In this document: positions 39,701 to 52,944 of the stretch, piece after piece
How the letters are laid out: each line of letters starts with the position of its first letter
Numbering within the stretch: position 1 is the first letter of the stretch
Origin: Strigamia acuminata
Taxonomy: Eukaryota
Reading direction: 5' to 3'
NCBI GenBank assembly: GCA_949358305.1
Contig: OX442314.1
Coordinates: forward strand, 6,448,001-6,512,000
DNA: 64,000 bases
Notes under the pieces: model-generated
The model's input: the letters and a program-made list of their open reading frames with translations, nothing else
What the model was told of the DNA's origin: nothing
Databases searched by the model: none
Position numbers and translations under genes: made by a program

Positions 39701-41077
39701 GGTAAGGTCAAGAGACGTGAAATATTTTGCCTGATTTGTATTGTGGAGTAGCAGATCAATACTGGGCATTTGTATGGCGTTGATTTCGGTGATTGCATTC
39801 AACCACCGATAATCGATACATAAACGATAAGTACTATTTGGCTTTGCTACGATCACTGGATGACTTATGTAAGGTCCAGTAGCTCTTTCGATCAAATTAT
39901 CCGTTTCTAATTCTTCTTCCAATTTAGTCATAATGGCTATTTTAGCAGGGTTATACATTCGAAACGGTTGTTTTTTCCACGTCACATCCTTTTTGAAGGT
40001 GATCTTGTGCTTGATTATGTTAGTACACCCGACTTTATCTCTAAAGACGTTCCTAACACCAGCAATTACTTCTCGTAATTTACTTTTTTCCTCATCTGAA
40101 CAGTCACAATCCTTTACCAATAATTCTTCCTAATTATCTGGCGTGTGTGTGGCTGTGGCGTTGTCAGTCAACACTTGTACTCGAGCTAAATTGCAATTTA
40201 ACTCGTCAGTTTCGTAGGGTGCAGTCCAATCAGACTTGCTGTCGCAAGTAAATACAGCTCGTGCTGGATTTAGATTAATCTTAGTTCGGCGCATAAAGTT
40301 ATGTCCGATAATTAATCCACACACATTATTATCCAAAATGATAAAATTTATCGGTGTGAATTCTGCTCCATCTGCCCATTGTACACACAAAGTAATTTGT
40401 CCCAGTGGAATATGAGTAACTCCAACTGCACAAACTCTCATGTGCTTTGAACAATCTTGTATGAAATCGGGAGATGCACAAGTTTTACTTAGTAATTGTA
40501 ACCCAATAAAACACTGTGTGGCTCCTGAGTCCATCAAAGCATTATAGGTGAGTCCACCTATCGTAATTTTCATTCGGGGGTCATCTATGTGATTTCCCAA
40601 TTTATTAATTCGTTCGATGCCATCTTTTCGTTTTAACTGATTCTCGTTAATGTAAGATTTCAATCTCGCAAATCTGGAGGATTTGGAGTCGGGATTCAAA
40701 TTATCAATCATTGATTGTAAATTCTCGAATACTCCTCCACTAGAACTGGTGGGCTCGTCACGAATATTAAGATTGGACGTAACTTGTATTAGTCGAGCTA
40801 AAGATTCGTCCCCCTTATCTAGAGAAAACAGGTTGTCGTGAAAATTCAAGAACGGGTTTGCTGTCTCCTCTGCCGAAAAGGGCGTATTTGATGCAATTTT
40901 AAACTTATAATTCCAGTTTCTTTTCCGTGTCTTCCGGTTAGGACGAGCACGCTTTATTTCTTTATCTTGAATAGTTAAATTATCCAAAGTTTCGGAAAGT
41001 GTCTGTTCCAAGTCTGGTGGTAAAATTCCTTCGGAATTAATGATAGGGGGCTCGAGGACCCCCGCCACTAGTTTTTT
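36776..41077 (-). pseudogene. pol: Element B pol (PR-RT-RNase H-IN) with two in-frame TAG codons
   Basis: LMDSGA, YLDD, TDAS, HHCC zinc finger, SDNGSQF, ERAN; ORFs 40130-41068, 38825-40120 and 36776-38824 share one frame, separated by TAG at 40130-40132 and 38825-38827. Confidence 0.93.
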
Positions 41078-43448
41078 GGAACCGGTGGGGTTTCAGTACT
41101 GGGTGCCGTAGTCGCATTCTTAGGATCTAAGAATTTACTAAATAAATCCGACACTGTCTTACTTATCGTTGTTTGCATACTGTTATTCATATCAGTTTTT
41201 AATTCTTCCATTTTTTGATCAATTGCCTCGGCAGTTACCCAATTTTGGCGTGGTCGCTTAAATTCGTTCGGCTGCTGAGTAGCGCTATTGTTATTGGAAT
41301 TATTATTTCCAGGGAAATTATTGCTAAATTTTCGCTTTGGAAGCAGAGGACATTTTCTTTTGAAATGACCTGGTTGTTTACAATGAAAACATTTCCCTGT
41401 CTGATTTTCTGACATGGCACATAATAAACTATCCATTGATACGTTATTTTCTGTCAAGTCGTTGACTTCAGTCGTTTCTTCTTCCGGCTCTATTTCCATC
41501 ATTTGGGTGGATCGAGCGGAAGGTCTCGTGTTTTTGGTATCTTTAGAATACTTCTGGTTGTTAGATACCACTTTATCAATTTCTTTGGAATTCTCTGTAC
41601 GAATTCTTTGGGGTTCGAAGAGTGCTCTATTCATTCGTACGAACTGAAAGATTTTATCCACAGAATTACTTCTGTATAGATCTCGATCGATTAATCTATT
41701 GTAACTTGTCCAATTCAAGTTGTTGAAGAGAGTGGCAACATTCCCTCTTTCGGAGTATGATCCCTGGGCTTTAGTGAATCTGACTAGAAATTCATATAAA
41801 GGTTCATCATCTCCTTGGATTACTTTTCGTAAATTTCGGAGTCGAGTAGTTGGAATCATGTCGAATTCTTCACGAAATAATTCTACGAAGGTTTCCCAAT
41901 TGGTAAACTTGGTTTTATTCTCGTCATACCATTGTTGGGCTAATCCTGACAAGTAGGTTGGAATACCTTGATTAACCATCTCGTCCAGGGTCAGTCCCTT
42001 GGAAATAGCTACTGTTTTAGCCACTGATAAAAATTTATCTATATCCTCCTGTTTTCCGTCGAAAACTGGAAGGTCTTGTCCTTTGAAAAAGACTTTACTG
42101 GGTCCTGGATTATTAGATCGTTGAGGCCCAGCAGCTTGTTGAGTTTGAACGAATGTGTCCATTCGACTATCCAATTGCTTTTGGAATTGGGCGGCCATAT
42201 TTTGTTGCATCTTTAAAATATATTCAAACGAAATATTGGTTTCTTCCGAGGGAAGTCTAGTTCTGGTAGAGCTTCCTGCAGAAGAGTGTGAACTTGGAAG
42301 GTCACCTGTTGACGCACGTGAGGGGTTTGACTCGTATCGAGGTTCACTTCCGTGACTAGTATGGGTGGATGCCGCAAGATTAAGACGAGAGTTTAAGAGT
42401 TTTTCTTTATCTCTTTGGTTGTCTTCGGCGCGATGCAAAAGCGCTGTCGTTTCTTCGAGTTCTTTTCGTCGTTGGTCCAACTCATCCCGCTGTCTCTGGA
42501 TTCCATCTAAAAGTTTGTTGAAATCTACATTCGGCACTTGATCTTGTAAGATCTTATCTTGGCTGCTAGCAGCTTGTTGGATGTTTTCAGCTTCTGCCGC
42601 CTTCTGACGAATTTCAGCTTGTTTAGTAGCTTCTTCGTCGAGCTGATTTTGACGAATTTTTTCGTCGTTAATCTTCTTTTGATTAATGGATTCTTGTCGA
42701 AGTCGCTCTTTTTCCACTTCGTCTAATCTCAATTGTTCTTGTCGATTTTGAGGTAAGACTGGAGATGGTAGTGGAGATAATTTCCGTCGAATGGCGGATT
42801 TATTTCCTCGCCCTTTAGGGGTTTGTTTGGCAAAATGTCTCGTCCCATTCTTCGTATAAATATGCGGATTGGGTTGCTTTTTAGCATTTCAGGTTGAAAA
42901 GTTGAAAAATTGGATCTTCCTGTCTCCGAAATACTTGGAGTATTGTGACAACTGGCGTTACGGGAGTGAGGAGTTCTATTTCCCAAACTGGACTGATCAA
43001 GCAATTCCTTGCTTGATGTTCGAAATAACTCTCGAATATCTTGATTTCGAACTGACGGAGTTTTAACTCTTGCTTGATCTCCCAACTTTCGTTGCGGGGT
43101 CTTTGATCGTGAACTGTTTTCTTCAGGCAGATCTTTTGGCGAAGGAGTTGGGTCCTTTTCAAAATTATGGTTCGCCAAACTCTCCTTTGAAAGTTCTACT
43201 CGTTTTTCCGGAGTTGGATTAATACGTATGTTACGTAACGCCCGCTTCGTCACAAATTCAGAAGCTTCGATTATGGTTTTGAACTGTGTTCTGTCCAGTT
43301 CATAATGCGCACAAAACTGTGTGAGTTCATCGGGAATCATTTCCGTTTGATCACAAAGTTTTACATAACTTGAATTCAAGCTAGATACTTCTTCTGCGGC
43401 TTTTTCTTCGGCCACTTTTTCTTCGTTAGGAAGATTGTTTGGATCCAT
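41068..43448 (-). CDS. gag: Element B gag, in two overlapping frames (42729-43448 and 41068 to ~42889)
   Basis: LSGLAQQWY...FREEF gag domain; knuckle CFHCKQPGHFKRKC; ends at slippery A_AAA_AAC followed by TAG. Confidence 0.85.
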
Positions 43449-44262
43449 TATATAAAATATAATTGAATCGGTCGTTTTACTAATTTAGCGATGTAAACTT
43501 CGAATCGTAACTAAAATCGGAAGGCGCGGTCAGGATGGTTACTGAAACACGTCTGCTGGTCTGGTCTGGAAGCGAATGATCACTGTCTGATCTGGCTCTC
43601 CTTTAATAGCAGGGGGCTGGGGATCCCTAGATCTCCTAGCTCCTGATTGGCTGATTTGTTATCAAACGGTTGTACAACGAACGTATTATTTTCGTTATCA
43701 GTTCTCTACTAAGTCCGTTCTCTTCGACATTTTAGTTTTTACCGATAAAATAAAATTCCTTCGGGAGATATTCGTAAAAATTCTCAAATTTGTATATTTC
43801 CACGAAAATAAAATAAAATTCACTGTCAACCTTTGTCAATCATTTTCCATTTATGTAACTTCTCCTTAATACTGGATTTTACTTTGAAATTCCATATCTT
43901 GCAAGTTTTTTCTTTTTCTTGCGATTCGTTAAACAGGTTTAAACTTGTCTTACTTTTTACTTTTCACGAAAAAATAAAGTAAATATCAAAATATAACTTA
44001 TTCTGTGTTTTATATTCATCAAATTCTCCGAAGTTTTTAGTTTTTAAATACTTCGATTAAAACCTATCTCAACCATCGTGTGATAGATTTTTAGAAATCC
44101 TGGTTGCAATTCCTTCGTCCAGAATTGTATTATTCATTTTCTTTGAGAAAACTGAATGTACTTTCTAAAACCACAATTTGTAAAATTTATTTACAAATTT
44201 TTTAGTCTTTATTTTATCTCAAAAATTAACTTTTTACAATTCAATCGAATTAATTGCAACCT

Positions 44263-44280
44263 ATCTCGGTGGGACCTCCA
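44263..44280 (-). promoter_or_regulatory. Primer-binding site of element B, tRNA-Gln
   Basis: TGGAGGTCCCACCGAGAT, 2 nt inside the 5' LTR end; complementary to the tRNA-Gln 3' end. Confidence 0.85.
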
Positions 44281-44282
44281 CG

Positions 44283-46023
44283 TGTGACGGTGACGACCAC
44301 AACTCCCATTTAACAATGGTACCGGGAATAGATCGCAATAGAATAACAGTGAATATAATACGAGATAAATACAAGACAGTTTATTGTTGGCAAACAATAT
44401 GAATGAACTAGATTATACATAGGACTAATGCCGACATTTGGCAAGTTAACTTACTAATTAAACTATACATCGAATTGGCCAATTGGCCCTAAAATAATAT
44501 CATTATGTGTCGAAGATGCGGGAGCGGTTTCCACATCGCTCGACCTGTTTTACAGATGTCATCTAAGCCGGATGGCTGTCTCCTGGAGTCCGATACGGCT
44601 TCACTGGTTCCTTGGTTCGCTTGTGTAAATTATCGCACGTCGATAAATCGAGAGATCTGAGAGATGCGGTTGACTCATGTGCACCGCCACAACTTTAGGT
44701 TGGATATTGGTGTAAGTAAATGTATTCATTTACTTATCAATATTCCGATTATGAATTATATTTAATTCATAAGTGTTGTGAGTTTTCTACTGGATATTTC
44801 GTCGATAAGTTGTCGTCAACTTATTTATCCCATTGAGTTCAATGTATTCGTGTTTTAAGTCTTCTGACTTGATTAATTAACTTGTTGCCAAGTTAATATT
44901 GTTCTGTCGTAAATGTAAAGGATAAATGTTAGACTTCCCGTCGCAACACACAATTGCCGTCGATAGAAAACGCCTTGCCATGCAGAACGGTATCAAGCGT
45001 CCCCTGCGCCGCAACACGGTCGTTCGTCTAGCGATTGACGGTATTACGTACACAGGAGTCGATAGCTCGCGGCTCCGCACAGCAGTTTAGTCCTTCGCGG
45101 TACTAATAACAAAACGACTGCTTTGGCACCAAATACCATGAGAATCAGCTTGCCAAACACTTGGTGCTACTCGTGGTTACTGTGAAACAGACTGCTTTGG
45201 CACCATCAGGTGAAGGAATCAACTCTCAACAGTCCCGGTGCTTACTCGCGGTTACGAGATGCGTTCATACCGAAAATGACCACTCAGTCCTGCCCGGAGG
45301 ATACTGAATTGCACAGAAGGCAGGTTCTCCTCGGCGAGACCGTAAATTGAAACATGTATGCAACATAACAATCCAATACGTCGGCTTCAATTGCCGGTGG
45401 TTGCATGATTCTGTAGAATCATGCAGCGGTTCTTTGTGAATAAATCATCAAATAACCAAGTGGTTTTTCATGGACAACGAATCATATTTTTTAAGTAATA
45501 ATACCAAACAGAAATAATCAAAACAGAGCCGTGGGATGGCCGGTTGTTTGGGTTTATATAACCTGACTGGATTAGGGATTAATCCAATCAACCAATTGGA
45601 ACATGGGTTCCACGAATCCCTCCAATCCCGTATCACCGGAAGTGGATACGGAGGAGCAATATGCTAATTCTCACCACAACCGGAACTGGATACCCAGGAC
45701 CGGAAATGGATCCACCAATCACATCGGTCGGTTGATCGATTGATCGCCAAATCTCCTTTTCTGCTGAACTAGAGATTCAATTCACTTATTGTGAATAATA
45801 ACCATTAATATATATTTATATTAATACGAAAATAAGCTTTGTTTATTCTAATAAATATATTCTTATATTTATTTTACCAGTTTTTAACTCGTAATTTGAA
45901 TTTACCGCTGAAACGTAATCGCGCCATCTAGTGGCGACTTGAAGCATTGACAAATGCGGATTTTGCCGAAAACTACTAAAATTCAGCTGTGTTATTAATA
46001 AATACCACCTACAAACCGTCATA
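44283..46023 (-). repeat. 5' LTR of element B
   Basis: Direct repeat of 29586-32758; termini TATGACGG...CCGTCACA in element orientation. Confidence 0.92.
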
Positions 46024-47323
46024 TTTTTTACGATCAGTAACATCCTTTAGTGATTCGTCGCTATCTGATAAATCTATCTGATTTTCGATTGAAAAATCAG
46101 ACCAATTTAGATTAACTGTTAGAGGTGAGTTTTGGGCACCTTTTGATAATATCTGTGTAGACTGCACAAAAATATCATCTTTGCTTTTGGTTGGTTCCTG
46201 ATTAGCTATTTTTTGGGCATTTGCCGATGCTGATCCGGAACTTTTAGTTTCAGGGGTCTTGTTGGAGGAATTTGCTCGTGGAGGACGTCCCCTGGTAGGC
46301 TGTCGCATCGTAAGTCGATCAGCCTCGTCAATTGCTGTCAAACGAGCGAGAAATCTTGCATTTGCCTGTTGCACCATCTGCAAATTTGCTTCAGCAGTTT
46401 GTGCATTTGAATTGGCAATTTTTAATCTTTCTCTTGCAACTTTCAAATTTTTATTTGCAATTTGCAATTTTTTGTGGGCAAGTTCGACTCCTTTTTCAGT
46501 TTGTGACGAACTTGTTTCTTTTTTAGTCTTGTGACTAACTTCTTGATTTTGAATATGTTCCTCAGCGTATTGTTGGTTGAGTTCAGCATTATGTTTTTGA
46601 AACTCAATAGGCGGGCTATTATTAATAGTTTGACTTTCTTCACGACTGTAGGTTGACCCAGGTAAATCGGGTGTTTTATCTATAGTCAATTTAAGATTCC
46701 GACTATTTTTGTTTAGCACATTTTGCTCACACAACGAGTTTGTTGGAATAACATACTTGAGAGAGTCTGTAATTCCGATATTGGAATTTTCATGCAATTC
46801 AGGTGGTATTTTACTGTGTGGGTGAAGGTGAGGATGAAGTTGTTCGTATCTCATCCGACCACCCAACTCGTAAACCATTTGGGTCAATTTCAACCATGTC
46901 AGGTTCACAACAATTATTTTTGATTGTAATTTCGAGTTCTGACTGGTTGTTGAGTGATTTTAGAACACTCTTTGCTGCTGGTGAGGCAGCTGTTGTTAAT
47001 GTATGGCTACGTGCCGGAGAAGGAGGTGACTCCACTCCCTGTGCTGACGGCAGCATGAGCCATGAGTGCGGCACACTCTGTGACTGATTTTGCGGACTCA
47101 AATTTAAGTCATTTCGAGCTTGTTTTGTGCTCGGCTGATTGATGGTCAAAGGAGCTTCGGCTAATTTCTTCTTAGCTGGTCTTCCTCTGGGTGTTTTCAC
47201 TTTTGGAGATGCCTCCATATTTGTTAGTAGAAGAACAAGAAAGATGAGGAAGAAAGACAAGATGGAGGGGTAGATTTAAAATTTAATATTTTAACGTTGA
47301 ACAATGAAACGATCAATTGATCG

Positions 47324-47341
47324 ATCCCGGACAGGCCCCCA
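47324..47341 (-). promoter_or_regulatory. Primer-binding site of element A, tRNA-Pro-like
   Basis: TGGGGGCCTGTCCGGGAT next to the LTR; identical to the PBS of element C. Confidence 0.85.
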
Positions 47342-47343
47342 AG

Positions 47344-48736
47344 TGTTGCGATTCCGGGAATTTATTCACGAAATGCTTACCTGCTCGTGAATATCTCGCA
47401 ATTGAGATGCCGTTTATAGGAATTAGACTCTAGTGCCTGTAAAAATGGTGTCTAGGGGTATTCTTAGTGAAATGAAAACAGCAGTTTGAGTTGAATTAAA
47501 ATGACAAATGAATTTTATTCGGTGAATTTACAAGTAATTTCAAAGAAATATATTAAATTCAGGAAAACAGGTATTAATGACTAAAATTAAGAGTTAGTAA
47601 ACTAGAAAAATAGGAGAGGAAACGAGTGAGCGACGAGACTCACTTGAAACAAAGGGAAAAGGCGCCAACAACGACGGTTAATCGTTGAGCGCGAATATTT
47701 GGCGCGCAACAAACGGTTGTTTGTTGCGCTCGGAAAATGGCGAGACGGACTCGCCTGAGAAACTATTCTCGTTTGTAAGCTGCTTCGTATATGTAAACTC
47801 CGGAAAAAGCTCGCGGTGGCTTATACAGATAATCGGCGACGGTTCGCAACGAGAATTTTGCCGGTGACGACGAAGATGATGAGAGTACCAGAGTAAACTC
47901 GATGGCGCTCTCACAATATTCGGCAGCGGGCGGGAACAAATTCCTTCGCTCGTTCGATGGCGATGAACAGTGAACTCCGGAGGAAAGCTTGCAGGTGGTT
48001 CACTGTTGACTCACGATGGTTGACGGCGACGGTTTGCTCGTATCAACGATGGCAAAGTCTCGGATGAAATCAACGAGACTAGACGATGGCTGACAGTGAG
48101 CGGATATTTTCTCGGGTGTTACCCGAAATTCGTAATCTGAGCGCAAATGTGGCTGGTTCCACCGAAAATATTCAGTGGAAACAGCAGAGTCTTGACTCAC
48201 CAAAACGTATAACACGGTCAGCACTAGAATCCTTGTATTTGAAGTTCGTAGCGATGATCATTTGTGTTGTTGTTGTTGGTGTGTATGTGTCAAGAGTGGG
48301 CCAAACCGCCAAAATTTGGGGTTTTATGCACTCTCGAAATCTGCGCACCAAATATGTGCAGATTGCTAAATTTGGCACAACAAAGGGATTTTTGCTGCGC
48401 CAAAACCGTTAGTATTACATCATAACCGTTGGCTATGGGAAGGGTGGAGTGTGTGTTGGCACACTTCAAACATGCGCGGGGATGCTGCGCGGACAGCATA
48501 ATTTAGTGAAACAAAGCATTTTGCTTCACTAAGCGGTTAATTAACGCCTCACCCCACTCAATATTGGGGTGAACCGTGCTAGGGGAGGTTTTTCTCCCCT
48601 CGTTATGTAATTCTGTTTGGCGTGTGCCAAACAGAAAACGAATAAAACAAATATAAAATATTCAACCTCTTCCGTGGTGACGTTTTTACTAAATAAAGAC
48701 ACTAAAATCATATAAAAACGACTCGGGGTCACCACA
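47344..48736 (-). repeat. 5' LTR of element A (1393 bp)
   Basis: Direct repeat of 20276-21877; termini TGTGGTGACCC...CGCAACA in element orientation. Confidence 0.92.
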
Positions 48737-48740
48737 GTGT

Positions 48741-50570
48741 TAACTTTTGATTGGTGATCAGGTCGTATGAGAAAAAAAATATATATATAGCTATACACCG
48801 TATGCATTTATACATTGCAGTCATCCTAACCTTGAAGTTCCAAAATAACTATACAGTCAAAGCTGCGTAGACCGGACATAGCACCGACCGGACAGCTGTG
48901 TGGACCGGACAGTTTGGAGGGCCTAATTTGGTCCCGCCCTATAAACAGCAATGTTAAATCGCCTCTCCCATCCGGACATTCCCTAGACCGGACAAGTTTC
49001 TGGGACCCGTCCTATGTCCGGTCTACACAGCTTACACTGTATTCATTTTCAGTTTTCTAACATGTTGCTGAGTGACTCAGACAGGTGAGCAATCTCCGGT
49101 GACTCAGGGCCGAGCGGGGCGCACAGGGCGCATTAATTTTCCCAAAATTGATGTGTAACTGGTGCTGTAGTGGAAAGTATACGCGGGTGTATGCCGTACA
49201 CTTTCAGCTTCAAGCCAGTATACGCTGTTAACATTCAATTTTTATCAGTTTTGAATTAAAAAAATTAAAAAATTTTATCAGATTTGAACTAAATTCTCTA
49301 AAATTTTATCAGATTTGTACAAAACAATACATTTAACAAAGTTATTACAAGCATTTAATTATACGTATGTAATTGTTTCAGGAATGTGTCTATAACCAAT
49401 CGGTGTTTTTTTTTTGTTTTTATAACCCATTGCGCATAAACGTATGACATAGCCAAGGTTTCAATAATTTATGTTTGTCTCAAACTTTCTTTCATTTTTA
49501 TATGCAGACTGGAACGACTATTAACCACAAAAGGTTCGTAAGCCATTTGCAAAGCTTTTCAACCCAAAGTTTGAGTATTAGATTTTATGTATGTTTTACA
49601 ATTGCTGATAGATAACTTATTTACACAATTGACCAGGGGAAGGCACTTGACACGAAATTGTCCAACTGTAAAAAAGTTCTTCCTCGCGAAGCAGAAGCAG
49701 ATGTAACTTAACTTATAAAATAACTTTTAAAACTTTTAAAAACTTCTAAACTTTTTTAAACTTTTTAAAAACTTTTTTAAACTTTTTAAAAACTTTTTTA
49801 AACTTTTTAAAAACTTTTTTAAACTTTTTAAAAACTTTTTTAAACTTTTTAAACTTTTTAAAAACTTTTTTAAACTTTTAAATTTTTTAAAAACTTTTTA
49901 AAAACTTTTTTTAAAACTTTTTTAAACTTTTTAAAAACTTTTTTAAACTTTTTAAAAACTTTTTTAAACTTTTTAAAAACTTTTTTAAACGTTTTTAAAA
50001 ACTTTTTTAAACTGTTTAAAAACTTTTTAAAAACTTTTTTTAAACTTATTTTTTAAACTTTTAAAATCTAGCTTACCGCATACTTTAATTGCCTTCAAGA
50101 GCAGTGTCCAGAGATAGCAAAAATTACGTCTTACTTTGTAAATTCAGCAGAGGGAATTTGCAGCAGTGGTAAATTGGCGACTGTTGAGTGATGATGCATA
50201 TATTAAGTCAAAAGTTGTGATGGTCACTAAAATATCCCCTGTGAAAATAAATGTTGTAAAATGAAAAAATAAAACTATAAATAATTACGAGTAAATATTT
50301 GTGTTTTCCTAAAAATATAATTTATTAGTTAGAATGCAAATAACTGATTAGTTTGTGGAAATTAAATAGATTACATCAGATTTGGATGCTAAATGCCCAA
50401 ATAATACATTAAAAATATACAATTTGTCTGTTTGGAATGTAATAAGTGTTGTGACGTGAAAAATTAATGAGGGGTAATAATATTAATATTAACACACATT
50501 AAGGGGTAGTTGGGAGGCTGCGCTGCAAGACTTCTTGCAAGTCAAGGCTCTAAAAAGGGGGTTTTGGAGT
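48741..50570. repeat. Distal part of the right arm of the inverted duplication; deleted copy of the Cys-rich gene
   Basis: Reverse complement of 15572-17545, lacking ~16875-17398, with a MITE insertion and an expanded AAACTTTTTT repeat (49725-50065). Confidence 0.88.
48854..49039. mobile_element. Tc1/mariner-type MITE (186 bp)
   Basis: TA TSD; TIR CAGT..AAGCTG.GTAGACCGGACATAG; empty site present in the left arm near 17430. Confidence 0.85.
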
Positions 50571-50754
50571 GGCTTAACAGGAGATGGCGCTACTATTTGG
50601 GTTACGTCACTTTCGGTTATACTAATGGGTTGCGCGGTCAGGTTCGAATTGCTTCCAAGAGGAAAAATTTTTTATTATTATATTTTTCATTAAAAGGATA
50701 CTTTTAATTAAAAATGCATTGTTTGAGTTGCTGTTCTTTCACAATTATAACATA

Positions 50755-51585
50755 TGGTTATGGGCCCAGCAATGCGGGATGTCGTGAATGAGCAGTTTGG
50801 AGTTTGAAAACTCAAGGGTGAGAAACATAAACGATCAACAAGGACGACGCACAACACGGAGCGCATTTGGCCAAGAAAGGAATCAAATTACGAACTGAAA
50901 TCAAGAAATAGTGAGTGTTGAAAAACTATAAAATTAGCTGAGATTCATGAGCCCAAAAATAAAGAGACGAAAAGGGAACAGAAGTTAATTTTTGTGGTGC
51001 AACATTCTGAAGTGCAACTTTTGAGTTTTGGTTTTGATTTTCACACAAGGTGTGGCAACGCCCAATCATGGCAGAGGCAACAAGTTCAAACCAGACCTCG
51101 TATGGCATCGAGAAATTGGACGGTGAGAATTATCTGTCGTGGGCATTTAATGTGTGATTGGTGCTGGCTGAAAGGCGTGCGTTGGATGTGGTTGAAGGGA
51201 CAGAAAAAGAAGTGGATCCAGTCAAGTTGAAGGCATTGAATGACAAAGCATTCGCCATCATTGGACTCACAATGAAGACCCAACAACAGGTCCACATCCG
51301 AGGCGCCAAAACACCATAAGAAGCTTGGGAAAAACTGAAAACAGTTTATGAGCCCAAAAATCCCCTCAGGATTCTACAGTTACGCCAGGAACTGTACACA
51401 ACAAAGAAAACAACAGATGAGACAATGGACAAATATTTGTCTCGAATGACGGAAACTCATGAGAAGTTGGTAAATGCTGGCCAAACAGTCACAGACACAG
51501 AACTAGCATGGGCAACTTTATGCGGTTTTCCAAAAGAATATGAGAATTTGATCATGAGTGTGCATTCATTATCAGATGTTGAATG
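50755..51585 (+). pseudogene. Copia/Ty1 relic: PBS plus degenerate gag
   Basis: TGGTTATGGGCCCAG copia-type PBS after ...ATAACA; gag remnants LDGENYLSWAFNV, EAWEKLKTVYEPK...LQLRQEL...ETMDKYLSRM...GFPKEYENL with stops and frameshifts. Confidence 0.8.
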
Positions 51586-52944
51586 TTGATGCAGAATATT
51601 TATACAATTGTAAATTTCCTTGAAACATCAAAATACAAATGTACAACAGTGAAGTCTACAAGACAACTAAATATGGCATGATGCAAGCAATGACATTACT
51701 CTCACAATTAAACACTTTGGGCCGCTCAAATGCAAAATATAACCATCTTAGCAATTGCACATCACCAGCGCACTAAATCAGAAACGTACGCTTAAAACAG
51801 ACACGCAAATAACAATGCGCCCATCCACTATATGAGTTGACATAAGTCGATCATTCTCAACAATTAATTCCATTAATTTGTCAAGTTGTGAATCAGCTTC
51901 AAACAATGTTTTCGAAAAATCAAGTTTCCTGGGATTGTGGTAATCAAAAGATTGTAGGTTCCCAGATGCCGCTACTCTTAACACGTCACCATGGGGGTAG
52001 CTTCATAAAGACAGCGTCTGTTCGTGAAATCTAATATTTTTGGGTGCAGGATATCAGCCCAGGCGCCTCGCAAAATGGCGAACAATGGTATCCGAATTGC
52101 GAATGAAATACCGTGCCTCACTGGGGGAGAACGTCATCACTCGCAAAGCGTGTTTGTGACTTTTGTGAGGCGAATATTTCTTCTCCTAAGCTCATGCACA
52201 CATTGGGTGTACAGGCAGACAGGTGCCGGAATGTAAACTGAGTCTTCAAACCGTAAATGTTGAAATAAATGCATAATTGAGGCGGAAAATATTCGCAAAA
52301 TGTCCAGAATGGAGAAGAAGTCACAGTCGTGGCTAAAATGTGTTGGCGAATTAAGACCGACCAACGCGCTTTTTCTTCAGTAAACAGTGCTGCGATCCGA
52401 CAATTTAACTAACTTAAATAATAAAATACTAACTTGTAAGTTAACTCGCAGGTGAGTACCGTTGATAGGACTTACTCTCGAGTGTGGCTAAGTGTTGTCT
52501 ATGGGACCCATAGACAACACATGTTCAAAACCAGGCAAAAACATACATAAATGGGAAAAATAAACAAAGAAAATAATAACATTGAAAATCAAAAGAAATA
52601 AAATCGTTTGAAGAAATCAAGACAATTTTCAACCAAAATTGGGCAAAATAAGGAAAATGGCGCCAAATGCGCACAAAATTTTCAAAATTTCCTGCTGTCG
52701 CTAGTCAGTTTCGTGACAACTTCTTGATCCTTTCTCTGCTCCGCAGGAAGGTCTAAGTGTTGTTCTAGACACTGAGTAAAGGCTTTAAAAGAAATAATAC
52801 AGATCCTTGTGTCACTTTCTATTTACCTGTCATGCTTGTAATGTCCCTAACAGAGACTGTACCATGAAGCATGTGGTAGGAAATTACAAATTAGTAAACA
52901 CAAGAGGGAAGGAGAATAATAGAAAAATGAACATATCTTACGGT

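Larger units (their letters stand above)
29586..46023 (-). mobile_element. Gypsy/Ty3 LTR retrotransposon B, full length, nested in gag of element A
   Basis: 1741-bp LTRs (44283-46023; 29586-32758 minus the solo LTR), TSD TTTT, tRNA-Gln PBS, PPT at ~32759-32772, gene order gag-PR-RT-RH-IN. Confidence 0.95.
26309..47218 (-). pseudogene. gag: Element A gag, interrupted by element B, by the Tc1, by one TGA and by an N-terminal frameshift
   Basis: 46908-46024 joins 29581-28659 (DRKK|SAHT), which joins 27038-26309 (NGLTY|YFSK) in frame; retrotransposon gag motif ALIGKARDWF...KQEKGEGLRSY; knuckle CSICNTRGHWQEIC; in-frame TGA at 26795-26797. Confidence 0.8.
20276..48736 (-). mobile_element. LTR retrotransposon A: Gypsy-like, gag-bearing, pol-less (non-autonomous), ~8.8 kb after nested inserts are removed
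   Basis: Paired LTRs, 4-bp TSD GTGT (20272-20275, 48737-48740), tRNA-Pro-type PBS, PPT at 21878-21890, reconstructed gag with CCHC knuckle; no RT, RNase H or integrase motifs outside element B. Confidence 0.88.

Noticed and set aside
51584..52800. Possible degenerate TE or gene fragment after the copia relic
   Set aside because: No motif, terminus or TSD that I could identify with confidence.
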